Shown here piece after piece: positions 1-13,075 of a stretch of 64,000 nt of DNA. The stretch is from Macrostomum hystrix (Eukaryota; Animalia; Platyhelminthes): positions 434,001 through 498,000 of the forward strand of contig CATNEN010000001.1 of assembly GCA_950097015.1 (NCBI GenBank). Reading direction: 5' to 3'. The position numbers and the translations under genes are program-made. Below the pieces are notes generated by a model. That model ran no database searches. It was not told the origin of the DNA and saw only the letters and a program-made list of their open reading frames with translations. Positions within the stretch are counted from its first letter, which is position 1, and every line of letters starts with the position of its first letter.

Positions 1-397
1 ATTCAGTTTTTTTAAAACAAATCACATATACTTTAACCAAAACTGGAAGCCGGATGAAACAAAAACTAGAAAGTATGCACGCTAATCAATGTTGTATTTT
101 TTGCTAAATAAATAAAATCTAATGTAAAGAGTTGATCTTATAATGGCTGTCATGAGTAGAGAAACTATAATCACTTTTAAAAAATTTACGGAGAAACTCA
201 TTTACAAATAATCAAACAGTGTGTACAAAAACACATAAAAATGTAGAATGTTACAAACATGAATCTTTGATAAAATAAAATTTTGAACACAAAGAACATT
301 TTATGTTTGCCAACTTTCGCATGTCTTTTTCAACATCTGTCTAGACACCAAATAAATTGATAATACTGAATAGAAAATTTGGCATCTATCTACAAGA

Positions 398-1310
398 AAG
401 GTAGACAAGAAAAGTAGATAGGAAGGTAGACAAGATAGGTAGATAGGAAGGTAGACAAGAGAGGTAGATAGGAAGGTAGACAAGATAGGTAGATAGGAAG
501 GTAGACAAGAGAGGTAGATAGGAAGGTAGACAAGAGAGGTAGATAGGAAGGTAGACAAGAGAGGTAGATAGGAAGGTAGCCAAGACAGGTAGATAGGAAG
601 GTAGACAAGAGAGGTAGATAGGAAGGTAGACAAGAGAGGTAGATAGGAAGGTAGACAAGAGAGGTAGATAGGAAGGTAGCCAAGACAGGTAGATAGGAAG
701 GTAGACAAGATAGGTAGATAGGAAGGTAGACAAGAGAGGTAGATAGGAAGGTAGACAAGATAGGTAGATAGGAAGGTAGACAAGATAGGTAGATAGGAAG
801 GTAGACAAGATAGGTAGATAGGAAGGTAGACAAGAGAGGTAGATAGGAAGGTAGACAAGATAGGTAGATAGGAAGGTAGACAAGATAGGTAGATAGGAAG
901 GTAGACAAGATAGGTAGATAGGAAGGTAGACAAGATAGGTAGATAGGAAGGTAGACAAGAGAGGTAGATAGGAAGGTAGACAAGAGAGGTAGATAGGAAG
1001 GTAGACAAGATAGGTAGATAGGAAGGTAGCCAAGACAGGTAGATAGGAAGGTAGACAAGAGAGGTAGATAGGAAGGTGGGCAAGAGAGGTAGATAGGAAG
1101 GTAGACAAGAGAGGTAGATAGGAAGGTGGACAAGAGAGGTAGATAGGAAGGTAAACAAGACAGATAGGAAGGTAGACAAGACAGTTAGGAAGGTAGACAA
1201 GACAGGTAGATAGGAAGGTAAACAAGACAGATAGGAAGGTAGACAAGACAGTTAGATTAGGAAGGTAGACAAGACAGGTAGATAGGAAGGTAGACAGGTA
1301 AAACAGGTAA
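398..1310. repeat. 25-bp minisatellite GGTAGATAGGAAGGTAGACAAGA(G/T)A
   Basis: Tandem units read directly. Confidence 0.95.
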
Positions 1311-1323
1311 GTAGGCAGTTACA

Positions 1324-1605
1324 GACACTAGACCCGCAGCCAGCGAGGCAGGCGATTCTGCCCTATTCGCTGACTCCTGAGCACACTCACACAGATGTGC
1401 ACATCTGCCCTGACTCTTTCATTGTCAGGCAGCGTACACTCTCACTGCGCCTTGGAGGTTGGCCCTCAAGGGTGTAGATTGCACAACAAGCCACCAAGCC
1501 TTCTCTCCGCGGCTGCGCCCCAAATAAATGTGGCCTAGACGTAGAATCGAGATCAGAAAGCTTGTTGCGAGTGTCTGACGCGTTTAATATACGACACGAT
1601 TAATG
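1324..1605 (-). mobile_element. Interspersed repeat, probable tRNA-derived SINE (family B), copy 1
   Basis: About 230 bp clearly similar to 5950-6180 (e.g. ttctctccgcggctgcgccccaaataaatgtggcct); degenerate B-box-like TCGATTC at the minus-strand 5' end. Confidence 0.6.
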
Positions 1606-1737
1606 GGATTACGAGTATTTATCGAATCGAACAAAGCTCAATTGATGCTCATAGCTCAGCTGGATTAAAAAAAACGATAAATAATGAAACAACTGTGATG
1701 CTGTTGAAACTATTAGTCGAATCTATCATCTAGGCGT

Positions 1738-1998
1738 CTAGTTGAAGCAGCAGCCGATTCTGAATTGTCCGCTGACTGCAGTGACGGAACTAGTTCCGCC
1801 ACTTAGATTCACCAAGCCATGCTGCGGCGGTGATCCACCAGTTGCTGACAGCTTCACAATTCTCCCAATGAGAGTTAAGAAGGCTTCTTCGATGCTGATG
1901 TTATCCTTGGCGCTAACTTTAAACCAGGTTACTGCGCCAAGTCGACGGCTCAACGATTCGATGCTGTCGTCTGAGACCTGGTACTGCATGAGGTCCGA
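1738..1998 (-). CDS. Rab32-like last exon (SDLMQYQV...VSAKDN...GCCFN*)
   Basis: Acceptor tttaAAG at 2001-1999 completes the NKSD motif; stop TAG at 1740-1738. Confidence 0.88.
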   Translation of the reverse strand, partial: SDLMQYQVSDDSIESLSRRLGAVTWFKVSAKDNISIEEAFLTLIGRIVKLSATGGSPPQHGLVNLSGGTSSVTAVSGQFRIGCCFN

Positions 1999-4288
1999 CT
2001 TTAAAGGAATGGAAGGGTTTGGGAGTTTGAGAATGAAGCTAGAGTGTACTTCTGTTTGTCTTTTGATTGTTTTAAATTCTAGCCTTCTTCATCTATTCTC
2101 TCAGTATGAATATTTTTTTCATCACTGTTTATCCTTCTACATCCCGTCTGTTTATCCGTCTATTTCCCGCCTGTTTATTATTCTATCTACTATCTGTTTA
2201 TCCTTCTACATCCCGTCTGTTTATCCTTCTACATCCCGTCTGTTTATCCTTCTACATCCCGTCTGTTTATCCGTCTATTTCCCGCCTGTTTATTATTCTA
2301 TCTACTATCTGTTTATCCTTCTACATCCCGTCTGTTTATCCTTCTACATCCCGTCTGTTTATCCTTCTACATCCCGTCTGTTTATCCGTCTATTTCCCGC
2401 CTGTTTATTATTCTATCTACTATCTGTTTATCCTTCTATCTACCGTCTGTTTATCCTTCTATCTACAGTCTGTTTATCCTTCTATCTACCGTCTGTTTAT
2501 CCTTCTATCTACCGCCTGTTTATCCTTCTATCTACCGTCTGTTTATCCTTCTATCTACCGCCTGTTTATCCGTCTATTTCCCGCCTGTTTATTATTCTAT
2601 CTACTATCTGTTTATCCTTCTATCTACCGTCTGTTTATCCTTCTATCTACAGTCTGTTTATCCTTCTATCTACCGTCTGTTTATCCTTCTATCTACCGCC
2701 TGTTTATCCTTCTATCTACCGTCTGTTTATCCTTCTATCTACCGCCTGTTTATCCTTCTATCTACCGTCTGTTTATCCTTCTATCTACCGTCTGTTTATC
2801 CTTCTATCTACCGCCTGTTTATCCTTCTATCTACCGCCTGTTTATCCTTCTATCTACCGTCTGTTTATCCTTCTATCTACCGCCTGTTTATCCTTCTATC
2901 TACCGTCTGTTTATCCTTCTATCTACCGCCTGTTTATCCTTCTATCTACCGCCTGTTTATCCTTCTATCTACCGCCTGTTTATCCTTCTATCTACCGTCT
3001 GTTTATCCTTCTATCTACCGTCTGTTTATCCTTCTATCTACCGCCTGTTTATCCTTCTATCTTCCGTCTGTTTATCCTTCTATCTACCGCCTGTTTATCC
3101 TTCTATCTACCGTCTGTTTATCCTTCTATCTACCGCCTGTTTATCCTTCTATCTACCGCCTGTTTATCCTTCTATCTACCGCCTGTTTATCCTTCTATCT
3201 ACCGTCTGTTTATCCTTCTATCTACCGCCTGTTTATCCTTCTATCTACCGCCTGTTTATCCTTCTATCTACCGCCTGTTTATCCTTCTATCTACCGTCTG
3301 TTTATCCTTCTATCTACCGTCTGTTTATCCTTCTATCTACCGCCTGTTTATCCTTCTATCTTCCGTCTGTTTATCCTTCTATCTACCGCCTGTTTATCCT
3401 TCTATCTACCGTCTGTTTATCCTTCTATCTACCGCCTGTTTATCCTTCTATCTACCGCCTGTTTATCCTTCTATCTACCGCCTGTTTATCCTTCTATCTA
3501 CCGTCTGTTTATCCTTCTATCTACCGTCTGTTTATCCTTCTATCTACCGCCTGTTTATCCTTCTATCTACCGTCTGTTTATCCTTCTATCTACCGTCTGT
3601 TTATCCTTCTATCTACCGTCTGTTTATCCTTCTATCTACCGCCTGTTTATTCTTCTATCTACCGTCTGTTTATCCTTCTATTCAGCCAGACAGCAGAAAA
3701 TGACAACAAATCATGAGAAGGACAATCCAAGGATCTCAGACGCTTTTGTATCGACCAAGAAACCAACAAAAGGACTAAGCATTGTTAAAAGCTGTTAAAT
3801 ATAGAACTGGTCGATGCAATGACACTTCCTCTTTTTGAACGGACTGTCGATTCAGAGCCTTTTTAGCGGAAGTTTTCAAGGCAGGAAGAAAAGAAGAAGA
3901 GACAATGGCATTTTCTGATTTCCTGTCAGGAAAACTAGCATTGATGGAGGGATGCCCAACAGTTGACTAAAACTGATCGCTAAAAAGACAAGCGAATATT
4001 TCAGAAAAAAACGATATAGCATGTCCTGCAAACTGAGAAATTTGACTGACTGAAATAAGAACAGAAGACAGACGGGCATGTAAACAGGAAGGTGGAAAAG
4101 TAGATAGATAGCGAGACTGGTAGATAGGGTAGAGGTAGACAGAAGACAGGTAGATAGACAAGAAGACAGATATAAACACAAGTAGATGAGATTAGATAAT
4201 ATATGGATAGATAGATAGACAGATAGATAGATATATAGATAGATGGATAGATAGATAGATAGATAGATAGATGGATAGATAGATAGAC

Positions 4289-4319
<31 letters not shown>

Positions 4320-4400
4320 CAGATAGATAGATAGATAGATAGACAGATAGATAGATAGACAGATAGATAGATAGATAGATAGACAGATAGATAGATAGAC

Positions 4401-4441
<41 letters not shown>

Positions 4442-4442
4442 T

Positions 4443-4497
<55 letters not shown>

Positions 4498-4552
4498 TAT
4501 AGATAGATGGACAGATAGATAGACAGATAGATAGATGGATAGATAGATAGAC

Positions 4553-4611
<59 letters not shown>

Positions 4612-4612
4612 C

Positions 4613-4655
<43 letters not shown>

Positions 4656-4736
4656 CAGATAGATAGACAGATAGATAGATAGATAGACAGATAGATAGAT
4701 AGATAGATAGACAGATAGATAGATAGATAGATAGAC

Positions 4737-4779
<43 letters not shown>

Positions 4780-4784
4780 CAGAC

Positions 4785-4863
<79 letters not shown>

Positions 4864-4896
4864 CAGATAGATAGATAGACAGATAGATAGATAGAC

Positions 4897-4927
<31 letters not shown>

Positions 4928-5012
4928 CAGATAGATAGATAGATAGATAGACAGATAGATAGATAGACAGATAGATAGATAGATAGACAGATAGATAGAT
5001 AGATAGATAGAC

Positions 5013-5044
<32 letters not shown>

Positions 5045-5088
5045 GGACAGATAGATAGACAGATAGATAGATGGATAGATAGATAGAC

Positions 5089-5139
<51 letters not shown>

Positions 5140-5140
5140 C

Positions 5141-5171
<31 letters not shown>

Positions 5172-5252
5172 CAGATAGATAGACAGATAGATAGATAGAT
5201 AGACAGATAGATAGATAGATAGATAGACAGATAGATAGATAGATAGATAGAC

Positions 5253-5295
<43 letters not shown>

Positions 5296-8200
5296 CAGAC
5301 AGATAGATAGATAGATAGATAGATAGATATATAGATAGGGGCGCATTGCTCACCTTGTTAGCCAGTAGGAGCACGGGAATCCTGGACTCATCTTCCAGCA
5401 TGACTTTGTCGTGCACATCTTGAACCCACTGTCGACAAAGGAGAAAATAGATGATAAGAATAGATAAGGCTTTCATCTATCGAGTACAGGAAAAGTGCAG
5501 CGCTATTTACAATCGTTAACGAAGTCTTCTGTGTGAAATTGATCAACATTCCTTGAGTTGAATGGGATTAGTTTAATTTTGTTTACGCGCGCAGTAACGC
5601 TTGACTTGGGACTTGGCTAACACAGAGACACATACGGAAACACAAACACCCGTGCACTCTTCATCTCAGTGTTATAAAACGTAATCTAAATTAACTATTA
5701 ATGACAGCGAAATTCTGGTCGATGGGGCTAACTTGATAAAACAAGATTGAAGAGAAGTGAGAAAAACCATATTGAGCAATCTCACTAACAATAGGATATC
5801 CAAGGCGGACACAAAGTAGAAATTTTCCTCTAGAAGGAGGAGTTCGATCAATACAATAATTGTTACAATAATGAGGTACTGATAAAGATGGAAAGTGTAT
5901 TGTAAGATGGCATTGCAGGAGGGCTGCGCGCAATGGCACATCATTTGGTGACACTAAACCCACAGCCAGCGATTCTGTCCTTTTCGCTGACTCCTGAGCA
6001 CACACACAACATGGATACCGTACGCAGGCACACGCTCACACAGGTGTGTAAATCTGCCCTAAATTTTCTCATTGTCAGACAGTGTACACTCTAACTGTGC
6101 CTTGGAGGTTGCACAACAAGCCTTCTCTCCGCGGCTGCGCCCCAAATAAATGTGGCCTCGCCGCGGAATCGAGCTCAGGGACCCCCTTTGGGGGGGGAGA
6201 AGATCACGCAATAATGGCCTGAGAAGAAGAATAATTTTAAATATACAACTTCGATACTCTGCATATCTTTTCATGATTTCGCCTCGATAACTTATGCTAC
6301 CGCCAAAATTAGGTCTATACCACGACAAGTCATTCTACCCCCCCCTCGCTTAATCAGGCTACCCGCTCGATAATTCATTCTACCACCTCGATAATTCATG
6401 CCTCCCCCTCAAAAAATCATTCTATCCTTGTTAAAAGAATTGCTATACCCTCAAAGTATTGCGTTATTCCCTGGAAATCTCATTCTTTCTCCTGGAAATC
6501 TCATTCTTTCTCCTGGAAATCTCATTCTTTCTCCTGGAAATCTCATTCTTTCTCCTGGAAATCTCATTCTTTCTCCTGGAAATCTCATTCTTTCTCCTGG
6601 AAATCTCATTCTTTCTCCTGGAAATCTCATTCTTTCTCCTGGAAATCTCATTCTTTCTCCTGGAAATCTCATTCTTTCTCCTGGAAATCTCATTCTTTCT
6701 CCTGGAAATCTCATTCTTTCTCCTGGAAATCTCATTCTTTCTCCTGGAAATCTCATTCTTTCTCCTTTAAATCTTATTCTTTCTCCTGGAAATCTCATTC
6801 TTTCTCCTTTAAATCTTATTCTTTCTCCTGGAAATCTCATTCTTTCTCCTGGAAATCTCATTCTTTCTCCTGGAAATCTCATTCTTTCAATCTCATTCTT
6901 TCTCCTGGAAATCTAATTCTTTCTCCTGGAAATCTCATTCTTTCTCCTGGAAATCTCATTCTTTCTCCTGGAAATCTCATTCTTTCTCCTTTAAATATTA
7001 TTCTTTCTCCTGGAAATCTCATTCTTTCTCCTTTAAATCTTATTCTTTCTCCTGGAAATCTCATTCTTTCTCCTTTAAATCTTATTCTTTCTCCTGGAAA
7101 TCTCATTCTTTCTCCTGGAAATCTCATTCTTTCAATCTCATTCTTTCTCCTGGAAATCTCATTCTTTCTCCTGGAAATCTCATTCTTTCTCCTGGAAATC
7201 TCATTCTTTCTCCTTTAAATCTCATTCTTTCTCCTGGAAATCTCACGCTAAATCTTAAAGAAATCGTGATATTTCCTAGATGTCTAATGTTTTTCTTCAC
7301 AAACTCCTGACATACAATTTCCTTGATATGTCATGCTGCTATCCATTATTAATTTATTAAGACAATGATGTATAACGCTTTTAGCTATGCTCAACATTTT
7401 CCTTAGTTTCAGTATATAGTATATAACACTAGCTGCTACACTCGAAAAAAACTTTTCTCACAGCGTGAAGAGTAATAATCAGTAGAATTTATATCGAATA
7501 AAGTATAAGACATTGACTAAAATAAGACGAAAACAAATACCTGGCACTGACTAATGATAAAAGTTAGAAATTTCCAGACATTCCCTTTGAAACCAAATAC
7601 TTCTTTGATGCCTGTCGTTTTGTAATTCAACATTTGACTTGGCAAGTTATTGACTACTTTAGGAAGAATAACAACTGCAAAAAGGGGAAATTTTTCAATA
7701 AACACAGATATATATTATTTGCAGACCACTTTTATGTGCGAGCCAGTTATAGAATATATAATGTTAACACTAATAAATCATTCATAAAACTTACCTTGTT
7801 GACAGCTTCAAATGTGTCTAACCGACTTAAATCGAACACTACTACTGCGGCAATTCTGAAAAGCAAGTTTAAATAGAAAGATTGTGTACTTTAAAAGTAA
7901 CATTTTTCCTGTTCTATGGCCTAAACCAAACATTTGCAGTAGAAAAAAACATTGACCCTGATACTGATATTAATCGATTCGAAGAATCAGGTTATTATCT
8001 AGAAAAGACACGGTTTTGCAAATGTTTTATTAACAGTGTTAGATTTTATTAAACAAAAATTAGCTATTGAATAAAATATTAAATCTAATTTACGCATAAC
8101 GATAGTAGTTTCTAGTCATGTGACCAAATCTTTCGTGACCAGCAACGTCCCTGCAAAAAAAGAATTGTATTATTTATAGTATGAGTAGTGTTATTATGGT

Positions 8201-10408
8201 TTCAAGAAAAAGCAGGCCTATTTATAAAAGCTATTTTTGAAAGCCAAGCACCAATTATTCCGTTTGGCTTTCATCTATTCCATTAGGATAGGATGAGACA
8301 AATAAAAAAGGGTTTTAAAACACGGGACTGGGTCAAGATAAAAACAGACTCCATATTATATTTAATGTTAGATATGATAGGAGAAACCTAGTGAGACCAG
8401 TGATGTGCGAGAACGGGTGCGATGAGTTAAGAATGTATGAGACTAGATAGCATAAGAATGAGATTATATAGCATGAGAATGAGATTAGATAGCATGAGAA
8501 TGAGATTAAATAGCATGAGAATGAGATTAAATAGCATGAGAATGAGATTAAATAGCATAAGAATGAGATTAGATAGCATGAGAATGAGACTAGATAGCAT
8601 AAGAATGAGATTATATAGCACGAGAATGAGATTAGATAGCATGAGAATGAGATTAAATAGCATGAGAATGAGATTATATAGCATGAGAATGAGATTATAT
8701 AGCATGAGAATGAGATAATATAGCATGAGAATGAGATTAAATAGCATGAGAATGAGATTAAATAGCACGAGAATGAGATTAGATAGCATGAGAATGAGAT
8801 TAGATAGCATGAGAATGAGATTAAATAGCATGAGAATGAGATTAGATAGCATGAGAATGAGATTAGATAGCATGAGAATAAAATTAGATAGCATGAGAAT
8901 GAGATTAGATAGCATGAGAATGAGATTATATAGCATGAGAATGAGATTAAATAGCATGAGAATGAGATTAAATAGCATGAGAATGAGATTAAATAGCATG
9001 AGAATGAGATTAGATGGCATGAGAATGAGATTATATAGCATGAGAATGGGTGAGATTAAATAGCATGATAATGAGATTAGACAGCATGAGAATGGGTGAG
9101 ATTAGATAGCATGATAATGAGATTAGATAGCATGAGAATGGGTGAGATTAGATAGCATGATAATGAGATTAGATAGCATGATAATGAGATTAGATAGCAT
9201 GAGAATGGGTGAGATTAAATAGCATGATAATGAGATTAGACAGCATGAGAATGGGTGAGATTAGATAGCATGAGAATGGGTGAGATTAGATAGCATGAGA
9301 ATGGGTGAGATTAGATAGCAAGTGAATGAATGAGATTAGATAGCATGAGAATGGGTGAGATTAGATAGCAAGTGAATGAATGAGATTAGATAGCATGAGA
9401 ATGGGTGAGATTAGATAGCATGAGAAAGAGATTCACTAGTAAGAACATAGTACACAATTTAAACATACGAGCTAAAAGAAGCAAACGGAAGTGCATGCAA
9501 AAGCTAATAGAAGCAGAAAACAGGAGCAGAATTGTTACTAACCACAGCTGCAGAGTGACATCAGTGTTAGCGTCCCAGCGAACCGATTTTGTAGAGAAAT
9601 CAACACCGATCGTAGCCTTATAAGACGGATTGAAGACGCCCTCAGTGAAGCGGGTGACAATGGATGTCTTGCCTACGCCGACCTCGCCAAGCACGAGCAC
9701 CTTGTATAGGTGTTTCCGCGACTGTGGCTGCTCTGGCTGTTGCTGATGCTGGAAATTTTAGAGATACACATGTGGCCGTTTCAACGAAACTATTATCGTT
9801 ACTCTCACAGTAGAATATCTAAAAAATAATTATAGATTATCTCTAATCTTACACTAGATTATCTCTAATCCCACATTAGATTATCTCTAATATCACAATG
9901 GATTATCTCCAACCTAGCAAAAGATTATCTCTATTCTCACACTTGATTATCTCTAATCTCTAACTAGATTAACTCTAATCTCACGGTAGATAATCTCCAA
10001 TCTCACAGTAGATAATCTCTTAAACTCACACTAGATTATCTCTAATCTCACACTAGATTATCTCCAATCTCACAGTAGATAATCTCTTAAACTCACACTA
10101 GATAATCTCTAATCTCACGGTAGATAATCTCCAATCTCACAGTAGATAATCTCTTAAACTCACACTAGATAATATTTAATCTCACGGTAGATAATCTCCA
10201 ATCTCACAGTAGATAATCTGTTAAACTCACTCTAGATTCACAATAGATTATCTGCAATCCCTTACTTTATTATCTTTAATATATGACACTAGATAATCTC
10301 TAACCTTACGCTAAGTCATCTCTAGTCAAAGTTATCCTAACACTAGATAATAGTTTGTCTTACAAAAGGACATTTTACTACACTTACTTTCCTAATTAAA
10401 GTTTGCAT
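1738..10408 (-). CDS. Rab32/38-related small GTPase, about 226 aa; join complement(10388-10408, 9543-9748, 8094-8150, 7795-7855, 5354-5428, 1738-1998)
   Basis: Spliced translation gives [17 protein letters not shown] (G1), YKATIGVDF (G2), [21 protein letters not shown] (G3), VLLLANKSD (G4), FKVSAKDN (G5) and a C-terminal CCFN prenylation motif. All introns are GT-AG and phase-consistent. Exon 1 (MQTLIRK|GTAAGT) is tentative. Confidence 0.9.
2125..3680. repeat. 23-bp minisatellite CTGTTTATCCTTCTATCTACCG(T/C), Rab intron 5
   Basis: Tandem units read directly. Confidence 0.95.
4190..5338. repeat. (GATA)n/(GACA) microsatellite, Rab intron 5
   Basis: About 1.15 kb; an internal variant block recurs at 4506 and 5042. 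Confidence 0.95.
5354..5428 (-). CDS. Rab32-like exon 5 ([25 protein letters not shown])
   Basis: CAG acceptor, AAG|GTGAGC donor, phase 0/0. Confidence 0.9.
5950..6185 (-). mobile_element. Interspersed repeat, probable SINE (family B), copy 2
   Basis: Homologous to 1324-1555; GAGCTCGATTCC B-box-like motif on the minus strand. Confidence 0.6.
6468..7245. repeat. 21-bp minisatellite TCATTCTTTCTCCTGGAAATC, Rab intron 4
   Basis: Tandem units read directly. Confidence 0.95.
7795..7855 (-). CDS. Rab32-like exon 4 ([20 protein letters not shown])
   Basis: ttttCAG acceptor, AAG|GTAAGT donor; not in the ORF track. Confidence 0.9.
8094..8150 (-). CDS. Rab32-like exon 3 ([19 protein letters not shown])
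   Basis: ttttgCAG acceptor, GC|GTAAAT donor; switch II motif. Confidence 0.9.
8430..9425. repeat. 21-bp minisatellite GAGAATGAGATTAGATAGCAT grading to a 25-bp variant, Rab intron 2
   Basis: Tandem units; GGGT insertion variant after 9045. Confidence 0.95.
9543..9748 (-). CDS. Rab32-like exon 2 ([29 protein letters not shown]...TLQLW)
   Basis: ttcCAG acceptor, TG|GTTAGT donor; P-loop. Confidence 0.9.
9830..10330. repeat. Degenerate 22-bp minisatellite TAGATTATCTCTAATCTCACAC, Rab intron 1
   Basis: Tandem units read directly. Confidence 0.85.
10388..10408 (-). CDS. Putative Rab32-like first coding exon (MQTLIRK)
   Basis: ATG CAA ACT TTA ATT AGG AAA|GTAAGT, phase 0, in frame with exon 2; no homology support. 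Confidence 0.5.
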
Positions 10409-10774
10409 TCAATTCATAAAGTACAAGTTACATTAACAATTGTCATTATTAAATTTTAATCTTCAAATCACGTCTATCAATGATTGAGAGATGCGACAGA
10501 CACGTGACAAGAATGCTTTCAAAATTCTTAAATTTGGAGACAAGCGGTGGATGCATAAGATCCATAGCGAACTCAAGAATATGACAATTTGCTGGAAATT
10601 ACAGAACAGATAGAAACTTAATAGAGAAGCCTGCGATTGAAATGAATTTTGGTTAGGGAATGAATCAATTGGCTTGGGCTAATTATACTGTGAGTCTAGA
10701 CAAATCTTTGAAAAATGATTTAAAGACCACCTGTGAGAAAACGTGAGGAAAATTAGGAGTAAAGGGAGAAATAT

Positions 10775-11800
10775 ATGAGTAGAAAGAGACGGTGTGAGGG
10801 GAGAAATAGAGGGGGTAGAAAGAGACGAGGTTAGGGGAGAAATAGGGGGGTAGAAAGAGACGGGATGAGGGGAGAAATAGAAGGGTTGAAAGAGACGGGG
10901 TGAGGGGAGAAATAAAGGGGTAGAAAGAGACGAGGTTAGGGGAGAAAGAGAGGGGAAGAGAGAGAACCTGTGAGGGGAGAAAGAGACGGGGTGGGGAAGA
11001 AATAGAGGGGTGAAGAGAGACGAGGTGAGGGGAGAAATAGAAGGGTAGAAAGAGACGAGGTGAGGGGAGAAATAGAAGGGTAGAAAGAGACGGGGTAAGG
11101 GAAGAAATAAAGGGGGTAGAAAGAGACGGGGTGAGGGGAGAAATAGAGGGGGTAGAAAGAGACGGGGCAACGGGAGAAAGAGAGGGGTAGCAAGAGCCTG
11201 GATGAGGGGTAGAAAGAGCCTGGATGAGGAGTAGAAAGAGACGAGGTGAGGGGAGAAATAGGTGGGTAGAAAGAGACGAGGTGAGGGGAGAAATAGGTGG
11301 GTAGAAAGAGACGAGGTGAGGGAAGAAATAGAGGGGGTAGAAAGAGACGGGGTGAGGGGAGAAATAGAGGGGGTAGAAAGAGACGGGGTGAGGGGAGAAA
11401 TAGAGGGGGTAGAAAGAGACGGGGCAAGGGGAGAAAGAGAGGGGTAGCAAGAGCCTGGATGAGGGGTAGAAAGAGCCTAGATGAGGGGTAGAAAGAGACG
11501 AGGTGAGGGGAGAAATAGGTGGGTAGAAAGAGACGAGGTGAGGGGAGAAATAGAAGGGTAGAAAGAGACGAGGTGAGGGGAGAAATAGAAGGGTAGAAAG
11601 AGACGGGGTGAGGGGAGAAATAGAGGGGGTAGAAAGAGACGGGGTGAGGGGAGAAATAGAGGGGGTAGAAAGAGACGGGGCAAGGGGAGAAAGAGAGGGG
11701 TAGCAAGAGCCTGGATGAGGGGTAGAAAGAGCCTGGATGAGGGGTAGAAAGAGACGAGGTGAGGGGAGAAAGACAGTGAGGGGAGAAAGAGAGGGTTAGA
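10775..11800. repeat. About 36-bp G-rich minisatellite GGGGTAGAAAGAGACGAGGTGAGGGGAGAAATAGA with a higher-order block of about 256 bp
   Basis: Marker AGCAAGAGCCTGGATGAGG at 11189, 11446 and 11702. Confidence 0.9.
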
Positions 11801-13075
11801 AAGAGGGAAAGAATGAGAAATGAGAACGTGACAAGGGAGAACAAGGCAGAAGTAGAGAAGAAAAGTAGGATTTCATGGAATCGGTTTGTGAGAAAACAAA
11901 TATTAGAATTAGAAGTTAACAACATCGCTAAAGAAACTTGAGAATATAGACAGATGCATATTTACTCGAAAAATGTTGAAGCATCAATTTTTGCCAAAAA
12001 AATCTTCAATGGTGGATGGATGACTGTGAAACAGCTTCCTTCCTTCCTAAGCGAATTTGAACAGCTGTTTACACTGTAAGACAACCAGCTCAAATTGACA
12101 AGTGTGAAAAGTGTGAGAATCGTATTTTTGATTGTACTTCAAAATTCGACAAGTAGAATAAATATACTCTCAGACAAAACTGTCAGGTGTAGAAGCAAAC
12201 ACTTGTAACTGGTTTAAAAAACTAAATTAATAACTTTTTAGATTAGTCATCTTCACTAGCCTACTGTAAGTAGAAATGTTAGATTTTTTGTAAAAAAATA
12301 AATAAAAAACTTATGCCAAGTTACCAAAGACGAGTATTTGTCTCTTCTTTGTTTATTTTAAAGGAATTCAAACAAGAAAAATACGAACAATAACTTGCTA
12401 ATTAACCTATAATTTTACATACAAGCCTAGCTTTATATATTTAATTAGCACAAAAACAGCAAAACAGATGATTTAACTCCTAAGGATTAATGGCACGATC
12501 GTGTAGGCTAATGTACAGTTAAAATGAATAAAATACATTAAGCAAAAGCAGTAATAACTAATAATGCATCTTTATTAATCTATCTAAAAATATGTTAATA
12601 TGGTTCCTACAACTAGCGTATCGTAGAAGCTACTGTACGTATGTGTGCGACCGGGTTTATAAGATTAAATTAGACGATATAAATAAAATTACAATGATTC
12701 AATCTATAGAGAGAGGAGAGATAAATATTATGGGAAGAGAAGGGAGTGATAGGTAGTGATAGAGAGTGACAGATAAAGTGAGTGACACAGACAGAGTGAC
12801 AGAGACAAAGATAGTGACAGTGACAGAGTGACAGATTGGCAGTACCCGATCTTGTATTGCCAGGCACACTTTTAATGCCACGTGAAAAAATTTTCAGATA
12901 CTTTACCTGATGGTTTTGACAAGGATCGCATATGTTATAACTATACCCGATATGTATAGAAAAAGGCATATAGTAAAGCCAGTTTCTAACTAAGATTAGT
13001 GTTGCTTATATATGAAAAGCATTCTTGCCGGAAAGACAATCATGCACAATGAACCAATATAGAATCGGATTACAA

